This document shows, piece after piece, positions 36,559-46,879 of a stretch of 64,000 nucleotides of DNA. Under the pieces are notes generated by a model. It had not been told where the DNA came from and did not search any database. It saw only the letters and a program-made list of their open reading frames with translations. This DNA is from an uncultured Pseudomonadales bacterium (GTDB lineage Bacteria > Pseudomonadota > Gammaproteobacteria > Pseudomonadales > Azotimanducaceae). Positions within the stretch are counted from its first letter, which is position 1; every line of letters starts with the position of its first letter. The stretch spans positions 2,098,673 through 2,162,672 of the forward strand of contig OX044361.1 in assembly GCA_943846605.1 (NCBI GenBank). Reading direction: 5' to 3'. A program made the position numbers and the translations under genes.

Positions 36559-38795
36559 ATGAAGTTAAATTAAGTCGGCGCAAGCTCTTTAAAGCCAGCG
36601 CTTTAGCCGGGGGTGGTTTTTTACTGCAGATGGCGCTGCCAATATCGGTATTAGCCGCAGAAAAAGACACTCTGGTGCGCTCGAAAGCGCTCAACGTATA
36701 TGTACAGATTGATGCTGACGGGCAGATCACCATTTATTCGGCGCACCCCGAAATGGGGCAAGGCATTATGACCTCTTTGCCCATGATTGTTGCCGAGGAA
36801 ATGGGTGCTAATTGGGAAGATGTGAAAGTTTTGCAGGCACCGGTAGACACCGCCCAGTTTGGTTTTCAAGGTGCAGGAGGGTCTACTTCTATCCCCAGAA
36901 ATTATCAGGCGATGCGCGAGATGGGTGCGTCGGCACGCGAGATGTTAATTGCTGCAGCGGCTCTGTTAATGGAGGTAGATACGCAAGATCTGGAGGCGCG
37001 AAACAGCGAGGTGGTGCATGCTTCGGGCAACCGTCGAACGTTCGGTCAACTGGCTGCGTTGGCCGCGCAGCAAGAAATGCCTGATCCAGAAATGTTGTCT
37101 TTTAAAGATCCGCGTGCTTACACCATTATTGGCACTTCGGTGGGTGGTGTGGACAACTTGGTGATTGCGACAGGCCAATCCCAATTTGGTATTGATGTGG
37201 ATTTGCCAGGCATGAAATATGCGACCTACTCGCGTTGTCCTCGGCTCGGGGGGAAGGCTGTTGCATTTAATGAAGTTGAAATCAAAAAGCTGCCGGGGGT
37301 GACGGACGCTTTTATCTTGCAACCCGATGCGCGGGCCGGCAAGGCCTCAATGTCGTTTATACAAGGCATGGCCTCTTTAAGAGGGGGCGTTGCCATCATC
37401 GGCAACGATACCTGGTCGGTCATTGATGCAAAAAACAAATTAAAAGTGCAGTGGGATGAAACCGCGTCATCAGATGACAGCTGGTCGGGGATGGTTCAAC
37501 AAGCGCAAGCGTTGGCACGTTCAGATCACGGGGAGGTCAAGCGCGATGATGATCAACTAGAGGCTGCGATGTCAGATCCAAGTCATCTTGCTTTGGAATC
37601 GTTTTATGAATTTCCCTTCGTAGCACATGTTTGCATGGAGCCGATGAATTGCACCGCGCATTTCATTAAGGGGCGGGGTGGCGAACCAGATTCAATGGAA
37701 CTTTGGATGGGCAGTCAGTTTCCAGCACAGGCTAAAGAAATAGCCAGCAATATGTTGGGTATCGCACCGGAAAACGTGAAGGTTAACCTGAAGCGTCTTG
37801 GCGGTGGATTCGGGAGAAGGGCCATCCATGACTTTGCTGCCGAAGCGATGGCAATCGCTTACCGGGTAGACGGCCCGGTTAAGCTAACTTGGACGCGCAC
37901 GGATGATATTCACCATGACTTTTTTAGGGTTGGTGGGTTTGAGAATATGCGTGCGGCAATTGATGCCAATGGCAAGCTTGCCGCATGGGATCAACATTAC
38001 ATTGGTTTTGCGCATGATCAGAAACCTGTCATTGGTTCAGGTTTCAGGGGTAACGAGCTGCCGATGACGGTTTTAGAGCGAGCCAGAGTTCGTCAGTCGA
38101 TGATTGCTTTAGATACGCCGTGCGGCGCTTGGCGGGCACCGGGAGCCAATACCAATGCGTTTGTGGAACAGAGTTTCATTCACGAGCTTGCCGTCTTGGC
38201 ACAGCGCGATCATGTTGAGTTCTTGATTGAGCTGATGGGCGCGCGGCGTTGGACAGCTGAGGGTAATGTCAATGCCCTCAATACCGGACGTGCCATTGAT
38301 GTGATTAAAATGGCTGCTGAAAAAGCCGCTTGGGGTAAGCCAATGCCATCAGGTTCGGCGCAGGGTTTTGCATTTTATTTCTGTCATGCGGCGCATATTG
38401 CACAAGTTGCAGAAGTGTCGGTGGATGGTAGCGGTAATTATCACGTCGATAAGGTGGTTGTCGCCGTAGACGTTGGCCCAATAATCAATCGTAGCGGTGC
38501 ACTGAGTCAGGTAGAGGGGTCGATAATCGACGGGTTAAGCACAATGGCAGGGCAACAGATTACGATGGAAAAAGGCGTGATTGAGCAGGACAATTTTCAT
38601 CAATATCCGGTAACGCGGATTGCTCAGACACCTAAGATCGAGGTTCATTTTATTGAGAGCGACCATCCCTCGACTGGCTTGGGGGAGCCTGCGCTTCCGC
38701 CTTTGGCTCCGGCGGTGACCAATGCTATTTTTGCGGCGACCGGTGACCGTATTCGATCCATGCCATTGAGTGCGCAGGGCTACCAGTTGGTTTGA
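36555..38795 (+). CDS. iorB: Molybdopterin-binding large subunit, isoquinoline 1-oxidoreductase beta-like, Tat-exported
   Basis: SRRKLFK Tat motif, [32 protein letters not shown]; ATGA overlap with the small subunit. Confidence 0.92.
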   Translation: MNEVKLSRRKLFKASALAGGGFLLQMALPISVLAAEKDTLVRSKALNVYVQIDADGQITIYSAHPEMGQGIMTSLPMIVAEEMGANWEDVKVLQAPVDTAQFGFQGAGGSTSIPRNYQAMREMGASAREMLIAAAALLMEVDTQDLEARNSEVVHASGNRRTFGQLAALAAQQEMPDPEMLSFKDPRAYTIIGTSVGGVDNLVIATGQSQFGIDVDLPGMKYATYSRCPRLGGKAVAFNEVEIKKLPGVTDAFILQPDARAGKASMSFIQGMASLRGGVAIIGNDTWSVIDAKNKLKVQWDETASSDDSWSGMVQQAQALARSDHGEVKRDDDQLEAAMSDPSHLALESFYEFPFVAHVCMEPMNCTAHFIKGRGGEPDSMELWMGSQFPAQAKEIASNMLGIAPENVKVNLKRLGGGFGRRAIHDFAAEAMAIAYRVDGPVKLTWTRTDDIHHDFFRVGGFENMRAAIDANGKLAAWDQHYIGFAHDQKPVIGSGFRGNELPMTVLERARVRQSMIALDTPCGAWRAPGANTNAFVEQSFIHELAVLAQRDHVEFLIELMGARRWTAEGNVNALNTGRAIDVIKMAAEKAAWGKPMPSGSAQGFAFYFCHAAHIAQVAEVSVDGSGNYHVDKVVVAVDVGPIINRSGALSQVEGSIIDGLSTMAGQQITMEKGVIEQDNFHQYPVTRIAQTPKIEVHFIESDHPSTGLGEPALPPLAPAVTNAIFAATGDRIRSMPLSAQGYQLV

Positions 38796-38850
38796 GTGCG
38801 GTGGGTTGGCGGCACGCCTGTTCTCAGGCGTACCTGCTTTCTCTCAAGGC

Positions 38851-40599
38851 CTAGCCGCGAATCACGCGTCCCGGTCTTGCGCCTGTATCGTGATCATGCT
38901 GGCGAGTTTTAACACCGTGGACAAAGGTATTTAGGTATCCGCTTGCGGGTTGTAAAATGCGCGATCCGCCGGCGGGCAGATCGTGATGCACCTGTAGTTC
39001 CCCAAGATCTAATTTTTGTAAGTCAAAGAGGTTGAGATCAGCTCGTTTTCCAGCCGCGATTTGACCTCGGTCATGCAGGCCAAACAGTTGGGCGTTGCGC
39101 AGCGTTTGTTTATGAACCATCAGCTCAATCGGCATGCGTGGGCCGCGTGTGCGGTCTCTAACCCAGTGGGTGATTTGATAAGTAGGATTGACTGCGTCAA
39201 AGATAAGGTTGACGTGGGCGCCGGCGTCAGACAAACCAATGGTTGTATCCGGGTGTTGAATCATCTCCTCCATAACACTGAAACTGCCATCGACGAAATT
39301 TGCGCCTAGGAGGATGGCAAATCGGTTGCCTTGATTGGAAATCAAAAAGTCGTACATAAATTCAGCGACGTCTTGGTTGGCTGCCATGGCCAAGGCGCCG
39401 ATATTGCTGTCAGACTGCGGCTCGTAGTTAATGGGCAGGTCAATAGGAAACATATTGGGTGCGGCCATTGCCATGAGACCAAAGACGTTGGCCATGGCGC
39501 CAGTTTGTGTCGGTGGGATGTCAGCGTCACTGAGAATGGCGGCTTTTACCTCTGGTTTGTGCATTTCGGCCAACATACGTTCGAAGGGCAGTTGGGCCAG
39601 CTTGAGGAAGGTTTCCCGTCTTTGGAACATGTGATAGGTGCGTAAACTGGTGACCAACCCGATGGGCCGAGTTGTGATTTGTGGTCGCAGCATTAGCCCT
39701 CGTGCGTTGGCTTGTTCAACGATGTCTAGGCAATTGCGCCATTGGTCAGGCCGGTTGGAATTTTGCACCAGAGTAAATGTACAGTTGCGTCCGGAAGATT
39801 CTGCAATCTCCGCAAACAGCTCCACTTCTTGTTCGGTTGTCCAATGTTCTGGCCCGGCAATATCTCCCACAACACCAGCTGGAACCGCTTGAAAAACGCC
39901 GCGCCCGGCATTTTTCATCGCCAGGCCAATGGCCAATAGCTCTGATTTTTCGGCAAAGGTGCCCGGAATCGGTTCACCCACAATAGACCGATGACCAATG
40001 GTTCTTGATGTCGAGAATCCCAATGCGCCAGCTCGAAGGGCCTCCTCAACTATTTGTTGCATATGAACTAGGTCGGCTGAGGTGGCGTCTTCATGATTTA
40101 ATGCGCGTTCGCCCATTACGTAGTTGCGCAATGCCGAATGAGGGATTTGAGTGCCGACATCCAAGGTGTATTGGCGGGTTCCCAGGTAATCAATATACTC
40201 CGGGAATGTCTCCCAGCGGCCCCACTCAATTCCTTCATAAAGAGCTGTGCCGGGAATGTCTTCCACGCCCTCCATTAATTCGATCATCCCCCGCTCTCCG
40301 CCGGGTGGGCAGGGCGCAAAACCTACGCCGCAGTTGCCCATGACAACACTGGTCACCCCGTGGCTGAACGACGGATCGAGCTGATCATCCCAACTGACTT
40401 GACCGTCATAATGGGTGTGAACGTCAACCCAACCAGGTGCCGCGGTTGCCCCTTGCGCGTTGATGGTCTCTTTGGCGCTGCCGGTGGCGTTTCCGACATC
40501 CACAATTAGCCCGTCTTGGATCGCAATATTGCCCTCAAAGGGCGCGGCACCAGTGCCGTCTACGATGGTCGCATGCTTAATCAGGTAGTCATAGCTCAT
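38851..40599 (-). CDS. N-acyl-D-amino-acid deacylase family amidohydrolase
   Basis: [48 protein letters not shown]. Confidence 0.92.
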   Translation of the reverse strand: MSYDYLIKHATIVDGTGAAPFEGNIAIQDGLIVDVGNATGSAKETINAQGATAAPGWVDVHTHYDGQVSWDDQLDPSFSHGVTSVVMGNCGVGFAPCPPGGERGMIELMEGVEDIPGTALYEGIEWGRWETFPEYIDYLGTRQYTLDVGTQIPHSALRNYVMGERALNHEDATSADLVHMQQIVEEALRAGALGFSTSRTIGHRSIVGEPIPGTFAEKSELLAIGLAMKNAGRGVFQAVPAGVVGDIAGPEHWTTEQEVELFAEIAESSGRNCTFTLVQNSNRPDQWRNCLDIVEQANARGLMLRPQITTRPIGLVTSLRTYHMFQRRETFLKLAQLPFERMLAEMHKPEVKAAILSDADIPPTQTGAMANVFGLMAMAAPNMFPIDLPINYEPQSDSNIGALAMAANQDVAEFMYDFLISNQGNRFAILLGANFVDGSFSVMEEMIQHPDTTIGLSDAGAHVNLIFDAVNPTYQITHWVRDRTRGPRMPIELMVHKQTLRNAQLFGLHDRGQIAAGKRADLNLFDLQKLDLGELQVHHDLPAGGSRILQPASGYLNTFVHGVKTRQHDHDTGARPGRVIRG

Positions 40600-40611
40600 G
40601 AGTGTATAGCC

Positions 40612-41934
40612 TTAATGTTTGCGGGTGATTTGCACGGGTAAGTGTGTATAGCCTTTGACGAACGAGGAGAGCGTGCGCTCGGGTTCGGCCTGCACTTCGA
40701 TGGTTTGAAAACGCTGTAAAATTTCTTCCCACAGTATTTTTAACTGAAGCTCGGCAAGTCGATTACCCATGCAGCGATGAATGCCAAAGCCAAAGGATAA
40801 GTGCTGTCGCGCATTGTGACGTTCGATGTCGATCTGATCAGCATTGTCGAAAACGTCTTGGTCACGGTTACCTGAGACATACCACATCAACAGTTGGTCA
40901 CCTTGCTTGATTTGTTTGCCTCGAATTTCACAGTCCTGATTGGCCGTGCGTCGCATGTAGGCCAGTGGTGTTTGCCAACGAATGATTTCAGCCACCATTT
41001 GTGGAATTAATCCCGGGTTTTTGACCAACTTAGCAAATTGTTCAGGAAATTTGTTCAGTCCATACACGCTGCCAGACATTGTATTGCGGGTCGTGTCGTT
41101 GCCACCCACAATCAACAGCAAGAGGTTGCCTAGATACTCCATTGGCGGCATGTCTTTTGTATCGTCGCCGTTAGCCAGCATGGAGACCAGATCGTTGCCG
41201 GGAATACCTTTTCTTTGTTCACGTAGTTGGTTGAAGTAGGCCAAGCATTCCAATAGCTCGTCGCGTCGTTGCTCAATGGACTCAACAATGCCGCCAGGTT
41301 GAGGTACGGCAAACGTGACGTCCGACCATCGAGTCAGTTTGCGTCGATCTTCAAAAGGAAAATCAAACAAGGTGGCTAGCATCATGGTAGTGAGCTCAAT
41401 AGAGACAGTATCCACCCAGTCGAAGGTTTCATTCTCAGGCAATTGATCTAGAACCTGCCCCGTGCGTTGCCTGATGAGCGCCTCCATATTGGCGAGGTTG
41501 CCAGGTGCCGCGGCGCCGGCTACTGTTTTGCGCTGAACATCGTGTATGGGTGGGTCTTGTGCAATGAACGTGCTGAGCTCGAGCATACCTTCGGGCAGTT
41601 CGGCATCCACTGGAAAGCCCAAAGTGATGCCTTTGGAGGAGGTGAAGTGCTGCCAATCTGTATCGACGCGTTTGATGTCGTCATATCGGGTCAAAGACCA
41701 AAAGCGCCCTGCCATATCGGTTTCATTAAAGTGAACGGGGTCCTCTGCGCGCAGTCGCTCGAAGTATTCCTGCCAGCGGTTTTCGCGAAACAAGCGGGGG
41801 CTGATCGGCATGATGTCCGCCAAGGGGAGATCGTATGCTGAGGGAATCTGCCCTTTGCTTTGCGCGCCTTCAGCAGAAGGCATTTGGACGGGCGCATCGG
41901 TAGGGGTTGCAGATCGAGAGTCGACCTCGCTCAT
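40612..41934 (-). CDS. Cytochrome P450, CYP153-like
   Basis: LLIVGGNDTTRN, EIIRWQTPLAYMRR, HLSFGFGIHRCMGNRLAE; GGAGA RBS before ATG 41934. Confidence 0.92.
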   Translation of the reverse strand: MSEVDSRSATPTDAPVQMPSAEGAQSKGQIPSAYDLPLADIMPISPRLFRENRWQEYFERLRAEDPVHFNETDMAGRFWSLTRYDDIKRVDTDWQHFTSSKGITLGFPVDAELPEGMLELSTFIAQDPPIHDVQRKTVAGAAAPGNLANMEALIRQRTGQVLDQLPENETFDWVDTVSIELTTMMLATLFDFPFEDRRKLTRWSDVTFAVPQPGGIVESIEQRRDELLECLAYFNQLREQRKGIPGNDLVSMLANGDDTKDMPPMEYLGNLLLLIVGGNDTTRNTMSGSVYGLNKFPEQFAKLVKNPGLIPQMVAEIIRWQTPLAYMRRTANQDCEIRGKQIKQGDQLLMWYVSGNRDQDVFDNADQIDIERHNARQHLSFGFGIHRCMGNRLAELQLKILWEEILQRFQTIEVQAEPERTLSSFVKGYTHLPVQITRKH

Positions 41935-42178
41935 GTAGTTTCTCCAGCGTTGTCTATTGAAAAATTGCGGCGGACTGTTGATATGCCACAACATAGTTAT
42001 CAGCTAGATTTTGACGCTTTTTTTAAAAAATTGATACTTTCAAGGGCTATTCCCAGTCACTATAAGGTTTTGCGGCAACCTTAAGACAGGTCAACGTTAA
42101 CCCTCTGCAACGTGCGGTGGGTTAGCATTAATTTGTCATCAGCCCATAATGGTCCAGATCACTGGAGCGGGTGGAGAC

Positions 42179-42652
42179 ATGGATAAAATTGGATTGTTTG
42201 TGGATGTGCAGAATATCTACTACACCACGCGAGATACGTATCAAAGGACATTTGATTATCGTTCCTTTTGGCAGCGTCTGTCCAAGACGGGAGATTTGGT
42301 AATAGCCACGGCCTATGCCACATCCCGCGGCGATATAGGCCAGCAGAAATTTCAGGCTGCGCTGCGGCACATTGGCTTCAACGTCAGATTAAAGCCGTTT
42401 GTGCAGCGCGGCGATGGCTCGGCCAAGGGTGACTGGGATGTAGGCATTACGTTAGACATCATAGAGCATGCCCCTAAATTGGATCGGGTGGTGCTGTTGT
42501 CGGGGGACGGTGATTTTGATTTGCTGCTTGATAAGGTGCGTGCCGTTTATGGGGCGCAGGTTGAGGTCTATGGGGTGGCGGCTTTAACGGCGAAGGCGTT
42601 AATCGATGCCGCAGATGTGTTTCACCCGATAGATCAGTCGATGTTGGTCTGA
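42179..42652 (+). CDS. NYN domain protein (LabA/DUF88 family)
   Basis: FVDVQNIYY, KGDWDVGITLD, LLSGDGDF; GGAGA RBS before ATG 42179. Confidence 0.92.
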   Translation: MDKIGLFVDVQNIYYTTRDTYQRTFDYRSFWQRLSKTGDLVIATAYATSRGDIGQQKFQAALRHIGFNVRLKPFVQRGDGSAKGDWDVGITLDIIEHAPKLDRVVLLSGDGDFDLLLDKVRAVYGAQVEVYGVAALTAKALIDAADVFHPIDQSMLV

Positions 42653-42665
42653 TGCGTCAGCATGC

Positions 42666-44057
42666 TTACACCAGACGGCGCGCACGCACTATTTTGCCTT
42701 TGACCCGACCCTGATCCAGATATTCGACGGCCGCTTTAGCCGAGCTGTTTTTAACCGCCACAAAACTGGCTTGATCGAAGATATCTATTTTACCGATGGC
42801 CTCCGCCGGGAGTCCCCCATCACCGGTTAAGGCACCCAGCAAATCGCCAGGACGAATTTTGTTTTTACGTCCGGCGTTAATTTCGATTGTGGTCATTGCG
42901 CCATAGATTTTGAGGTTGCTGTGCCGGTTTAGGCTGGCGTAAACGTCTTGAATGGCAGGGGCATTAGTGAAGGTTTCAATGGTGTTGATACGCTGCTGTT
43001 CGGCGCTGGTGAACAGGCTGAAAGCTCGACCCTGTTCGCCTGCGCGACCCGTGCGGCCGATGCGATGGACGTAAATTTCAGGATCGTGGGGGAGCTCGTA
43101 ATTGATCACAGCCTCTAATAATTTAATGTCCAAGCCGCGCGCAGCAACATCCGTGGCGACAAGCACAGGACAACTGTGGTTGGAAAACTGGAGCAATACC
43201 CGGTCGCGCTCTCGTTGGTCGAAATCGCCATGAATAGCTAACGCCTGAATGTTGTGTGAATTAAGGTGGGCTGCAACTTGGTCACATTGAATTTTAGTGC
43301 GACAAAATACCAGCGTGGATTGCGGTTGGTAGTGTTCAAACAAAGCCAACAGCGTATTGTTGCGCTCGTGTTTTTGGACGTGATAGAAAATTTGCTCAAT
43401 AACTTCGGCTTGGTGTTGTGATTCAACTTTGACTTGGGTTGGATTTTTTTGGAAGCGTCTGCTGATGTGTTGAATAGAATCGGGAAAGGTTGCTGAGAAT
43501 AACAATGTCTGCCGATGGTTGGGGGTATGCTCGACAATATGTTGCATATCCTCTGCAAATCCCATGTCAAGCATTCGATCGGCTTCATCAAGCACAAATG
43601 TTTTTAGCGCATGTAGACGCAGCGTTTTTTTGCTCAGGTGGTCAAGGACTCTGCCAGGCGTGCCGACTGCGATGTGGGCTCCGTGAATCAGTGATCCTTT
43701 TTGAGGGCCAAAAGGTTTGCCGCCACACAGGGAGACCAGCTTGATGTTTGGAGTGGCTCTGGCAAGACGCCGCAATTCTTTACCCACCTGATCGGCCAAC
43801 TCACGAGTGGGGCATAAAATGAGTGCTTGGATTCGAAGGTCGCTGGCGTTGATTTTTTGCAGCAGTCCCAAACCAAATGCTGCAGTTTTTCCGCTGCCGG
43901 TTTTAGCTTGTGCTATGAGGTCTTTGCCCTGCAGTATTGGCGGCAAGCTAATCGCTTGCACTGGTGTCATTTTGGTGTACCCGAGTTGCTGCAGATTCTC
44001 CAATTGTGCAGCGGAGAGGTTGATGCTGGAAAAATCTTGTGACTCAGAATTGCTCAT
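42666..44057 (-). CDS. dbpA: ATP-dependent RNA helicase DbpA
   Basis: AKTGSGKT, PTRELADQV, LDEADRMLDMGF, HRIGRTGR, and C-terminal DbpA RNA-binding domain (GRKNKIRPGDLLGALTG). Confidence 0.96.
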   Translation of the reverse strand: MSNSESQDFSSINLSAAQLENLQQLGYTKMTPVQAISLPPILQGKDLIAQAKTGSGKTAAFGLGLLQKINASDLRIQALILCPTRELADQVGKELRRLARATPNIKLVSLCGGKPFGPQKGSLIHGAHIAVGTPGRVLDHLSKKTLRLHALKTFVLDEADRMLDMGFAEDMQHIVEHTPNHRQTLLFSATFPDSIQHISRRFQKNPTQVKVESQHQAEVIEQIFYHVQKHERNNTLLALFEHYQPQSTLVFCRTKIQCDQVAAHLNSHNIQALAIHGDFDQRERDRVLLQFSNHSCPVLVATDVAARGLDIKLLEAVINYELPHDPEIYVHRIGRTGRAGEQGRAFSLFTSAEQQRINTIETFTNAPAIQDVYASLNRHSNLKIYGAMTTIEINAGRKNKIRPGDLLGALTGDGGLPAEAIGKIDIFDQASFVAVKNSSAKAAVEYLDQGRVKGKIVRARRLV

Positions 44058-44246
44058 AGCTTATCGTTAACAGCGATGTGTCGGGCGGGGCGCAAAGTCT
44101 AGCCTATAACGTCCTGCTGCGCTTGCTTGTAATGGTTATGATAGCAGTGAGGCGCTATCGTGCCTCTGCAGTGTAGTGCGGCTCCGAGCGAACCTTTGGC
44201 CTGTGGTGAAAATGTCCTTATCAAGTAACGCGAAAGGAGTCGAACA

Positions 44247-45428
44247 ATGAGACCTCTTAACGTCATGATTGTTGGCGGTGGCATCGGCGGCATGACGCTG
44301 TCTTTGTGTCTAGCACAGCAGGGACATCAAGTATCTATTTTTGAACGCGCCGTGATGGACAGTGACGCGGGCGCTGGTGTGCAATTATCACCTAATGGCG
44401 CGCGGGTGCTGCATAGCTTGGGTTTGGCTTCAGCTCTGGAGGGCTGTGCGTTTTTGCCGCAAGGGGGCCAGTTTAGACACTTTCGCAGCGGTCGACTGAT
44501 TGCGCAAACTGCTTTGGGCGCTCAGGTGGCGGAACGCTATGGCGCTCCCTACTACCACATCCATCGGGGTGACCTTCATCATTTGCTTTTGCAGGCTGTG
44601 AAATTGTCGCCGAATATCGTGCGCCATGCGGGTGTATCGGTGGACAATTTTGAGCAGCACGGCCGCGGTGTTGAAATTAAATTCTCTCAGGGTGTGCAGC
44701 GCGGCGATTTGCTGGTGGGTGCGGATGGCATTCACTCAACCATTCGCGATTTGTTATGGGGTGCGCAACCGCCGCATTTTACCGGTCAGGTTGCTTGGCG
44801 CACGTTGGTCCCCGCGGCGCGGTTGCCAAAAAACAGGATCCGACCCATGGCCTCTGTGTGGTGGGGGCCGGGTAAACATTTTGTGCATTATTATGTGCGG
44901 CGCGGAGAGCTGGTTAACTGTGTATGTGTTGTTGAGAAGTCTAATTGGCAGGTCGAGTCCTGGAGCAGCAAAGGAGATTATGCTGAGCTGAAAAAGGATT
45001 TTGCGGGATGGCATGATGATGTTCAGCATTTAATTGACCAAGCCGATCACCAATCGCTTTATAAATGGGCGTTGTATGATCGTGCGCCCATGTCCAAATG
45101 GGGGAAGGGGCGAGTGACATTGTTGGGTGACGCCTGTCATCCTACGTTGCCGTTTATGGCGCAAGGTGCCGCTATGGCCATTGAGGATGCTGCGGTGCTG
45201 ACGGCGTGCGTGAAATCCGCTGCAGGCGTTGCTGAGGCGTTGCAGCGTTATGAGAAATTGCGTCGCCCCAGGACAGCCTACGTTCAAAGGGGCTCCAGAC
45301 GACATGCCCGAGTCTTCCACCTGTCGGGGGTCGGTGCTTGGATGCGTAACCTTGTTGCGGCTAAAGCGGGTGAACGTACCGCAAGCAGGTTGTTTGCCTA
45401 TGATGCGCGTGCGGCGACGAAATTTTAG
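44247..45428 (+). CDS. Class A FAD-dependent monooxygenase (salicylate / 3-hydroxybenzoate 6-hydroxylase-like)
   Basis: GGGIGG, GAGVQLSPNG, IHRGDL, GADGIHS, LLGDACHPTLPFMAQGAAMAIED. Confidence 0.92.
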   Translation: MRPLNVMIVGGGIGGMTLSLCLAQQGHQVSIFERAVMDSDAGAGVQLSPNGARVLHSLGLASALEGCAFLPQGGQFRHFRSGRLIAQTALGAQVAERYGAPYYHIHRGDLHHLLLQAVKLSPNIVRHAGVSVDNFEQHGRGVEIKFSQGVQRGDLLVGADGIHSTIRDLLWGAQPPHFTGQVAWRTLVPAARLPKNRIRPMASVWWGPGKHFVHYYVRRGELVNCVCVVEKSNWQVESWSSKGDYAELKKDFAGWHDDVQHLIDQADHQSLYKWALYDRAPMSKWGKGRVTLLGDACHPTLPFMAQGAAMAIEDAAVLTACVKSAAGVAEALQRYEKLRRPRTAYVQRGSRRHARVFHLSGVGAWMRNLVAAKAGERTASRLFAYDARAATKF

Positions 45429-45518
45429 TGCGTGTGTTGAAACGCGCTTATTACGGGTTATGCTAACGGCGGTCCCGCGAATTTGGCGAGATAGGGTCTG
45501 TTGAGGGAGAAAGCGCGT

Positions 45519-46229
45519 ATGGTGAATAAAGTGCAAGGCTTGCATCATCTGGCCGTGTGCACGTCAAATATGAAAGAACAAATCGAGTTTTTTACCGATA
45601 AACTGGGTATGGAATTGCAGGCGCTATATTGGATGCATGGGGCTGAAAATACCTGGCATGGTTTTTTGCGATTAAATGATGAGAGTTCAATTGCGTTTGT
45701 CTCCAATCCGCAGATTAAGGATATTGCGGGTGTTTTAGGAACATCACACGCGGGCAATCCGGGCGCTAATAGCGCCGGTGGCACGATGCAGCATTTGGCG
45801 CTGAAAGTGGACAATCATCAGGTACTATTGGCCATGAGAGACCGTCTGCGCGCAAAAGGTGTTCCGGTCATGGGTCCTGTTGAGCACGGTATGTGTTGCT
45901 CCATCTATTTTGCAGGTCCTGAGAGCCTTTCTTTGGAATTGAGTTATTCCATGCAGCCGATAGATAATGAAGTTTGGATTGATCCAGAGGTGGTCGAGCT
46001 GGCGGGAATCACGCCGCAGGAACTGGCGCGTTTTAAAAATCCCAGTGACTATGCTGATCAGGGTGGAGCGGTTGGTCAGCCTGACTTGAGGCAAACGACA
46101 GGCCCCCACATGACGAACTATCCAGCTGGAATGTATGAAGCGATTATGAATGCGCCGGATGAACTCATTCTCAACTCGGTGCCCAACGCGCCGCCGGTTA
46201 AGCGGCCGCCTAAAAAAGAGGAACCCTAA
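45519..46229 (+). CDS. VOC (glyoxalase/dioxygenase superfamily) protein
   Basis: GLHHLA, MQHLAL, HGMCCSIYF..P...LEL; GGAGA RBS before ATG 45519. Confidence 0.85.
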   Translation: MVNKVQGLHHLAVCTSNMKEQIEFFTDKLGMELQALYWMHGAENTWHGFLRLNDESSIAFVSNPQIKDIAGVLGTSHAGNPGANSAGGTMQHLALKVDNHQVLLAMRDRLRAKGVPVMGPVEHGMCCSIYFAGPESLSLELSYSMQPIDNEVWIDPEVVELAGITPQELARFKNPSDYADQGGAVGQPDLRQTTGPHMTNYPAGMYEAIMNAPDELILNSVPNAPPVKRPPKKEEP

Positions 46230-46837
46230 TGCTGACACTTCATTTTGCCCCTAACTCTAGAGCGGGACGAATTTTATGGTTGCTGGAAGAGTTACAGCTG
46301 CCCTACAAGTTGAATCGTATGGATTTTCATCCGAAAGATTTGAAATCTGATGAACACCGTAGTCGCCATCCGCTCGGGCGAGTGCCCGTGCTGGACGATG
46401 GTGATGTCAGTATTTATGAATCCGGGGCCATTGTTGAGTACGTTCTTGAGCGGCATAAAAATGCAGGTATGAAGCCGTCGACAGATGCACCGGAGTTTCC
46501 GGCTTATCTGCAGTGGTTCCACTATTGCGAGGGTATGGTGATGCCGCCGGTCAATACAATAGTGGTGCAGACTGTTCTGTTGCCCGCCGCGCGTCGCGAC
46601 GAGACAGCATTGGCGCAAGCACAAAAATTGCTGAATCGCTCGCTGGTGCCGGTAGAAGAGGCGTTAGAAGGTAAAGAATATTTGATTGGGGATTTTTCTG
46701 CGGCAGACATCATGTTGGGGCATGCCTGTTTTATGGCTAATCGTTTGGGTTGTGTGACGCAGGAGATGGCTAATCTTAAAAGTTACGTTGCGCGCATTGC
46801 ACAGCGCCCTGCGTTTGATAAAGCGATCAACGCATAG
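46229..46837 (+). CDS. Glutathione S-transferase family protein
   Basis: PNSRAGRILWLLEEL, HPLGRVPVL, ESGAI, FSAADIMLG; TAATG overlap with the VOC gene. Confidence 0.95.
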   Translation: MLTLHFAPNSRAGRILWLLEELQLPYKLNRMDFHPKDLKSDEHRSRHPLGRVPVLDDGDVSIYESGAIVEYVLERHKNAGMKPSTDAPEFPAYLQWFHYCEGMVMPPVNTIVVQTVLLPAARRDETALAQAQKLLNRSLVPVEEALEGKEYLIGDFSAADIMLGHACFMANRLGCVTQEMANLKSYVARIAQRPAFDKAINA

Positions 46838-46879
46838 CGGAGCCCACTGATCCTCGGGCAAGTCGAATAGGAATGTTCT

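Noticed and set aside
44247-46837. Gentisate pathway (nagGHI/xlnD type)
   Set aside because: No cupin gentisate dioxygenase or fumarylpyruvate hydrolase nearby, and the GST lacks clear maleylacetoacetate-isomerase signatures.
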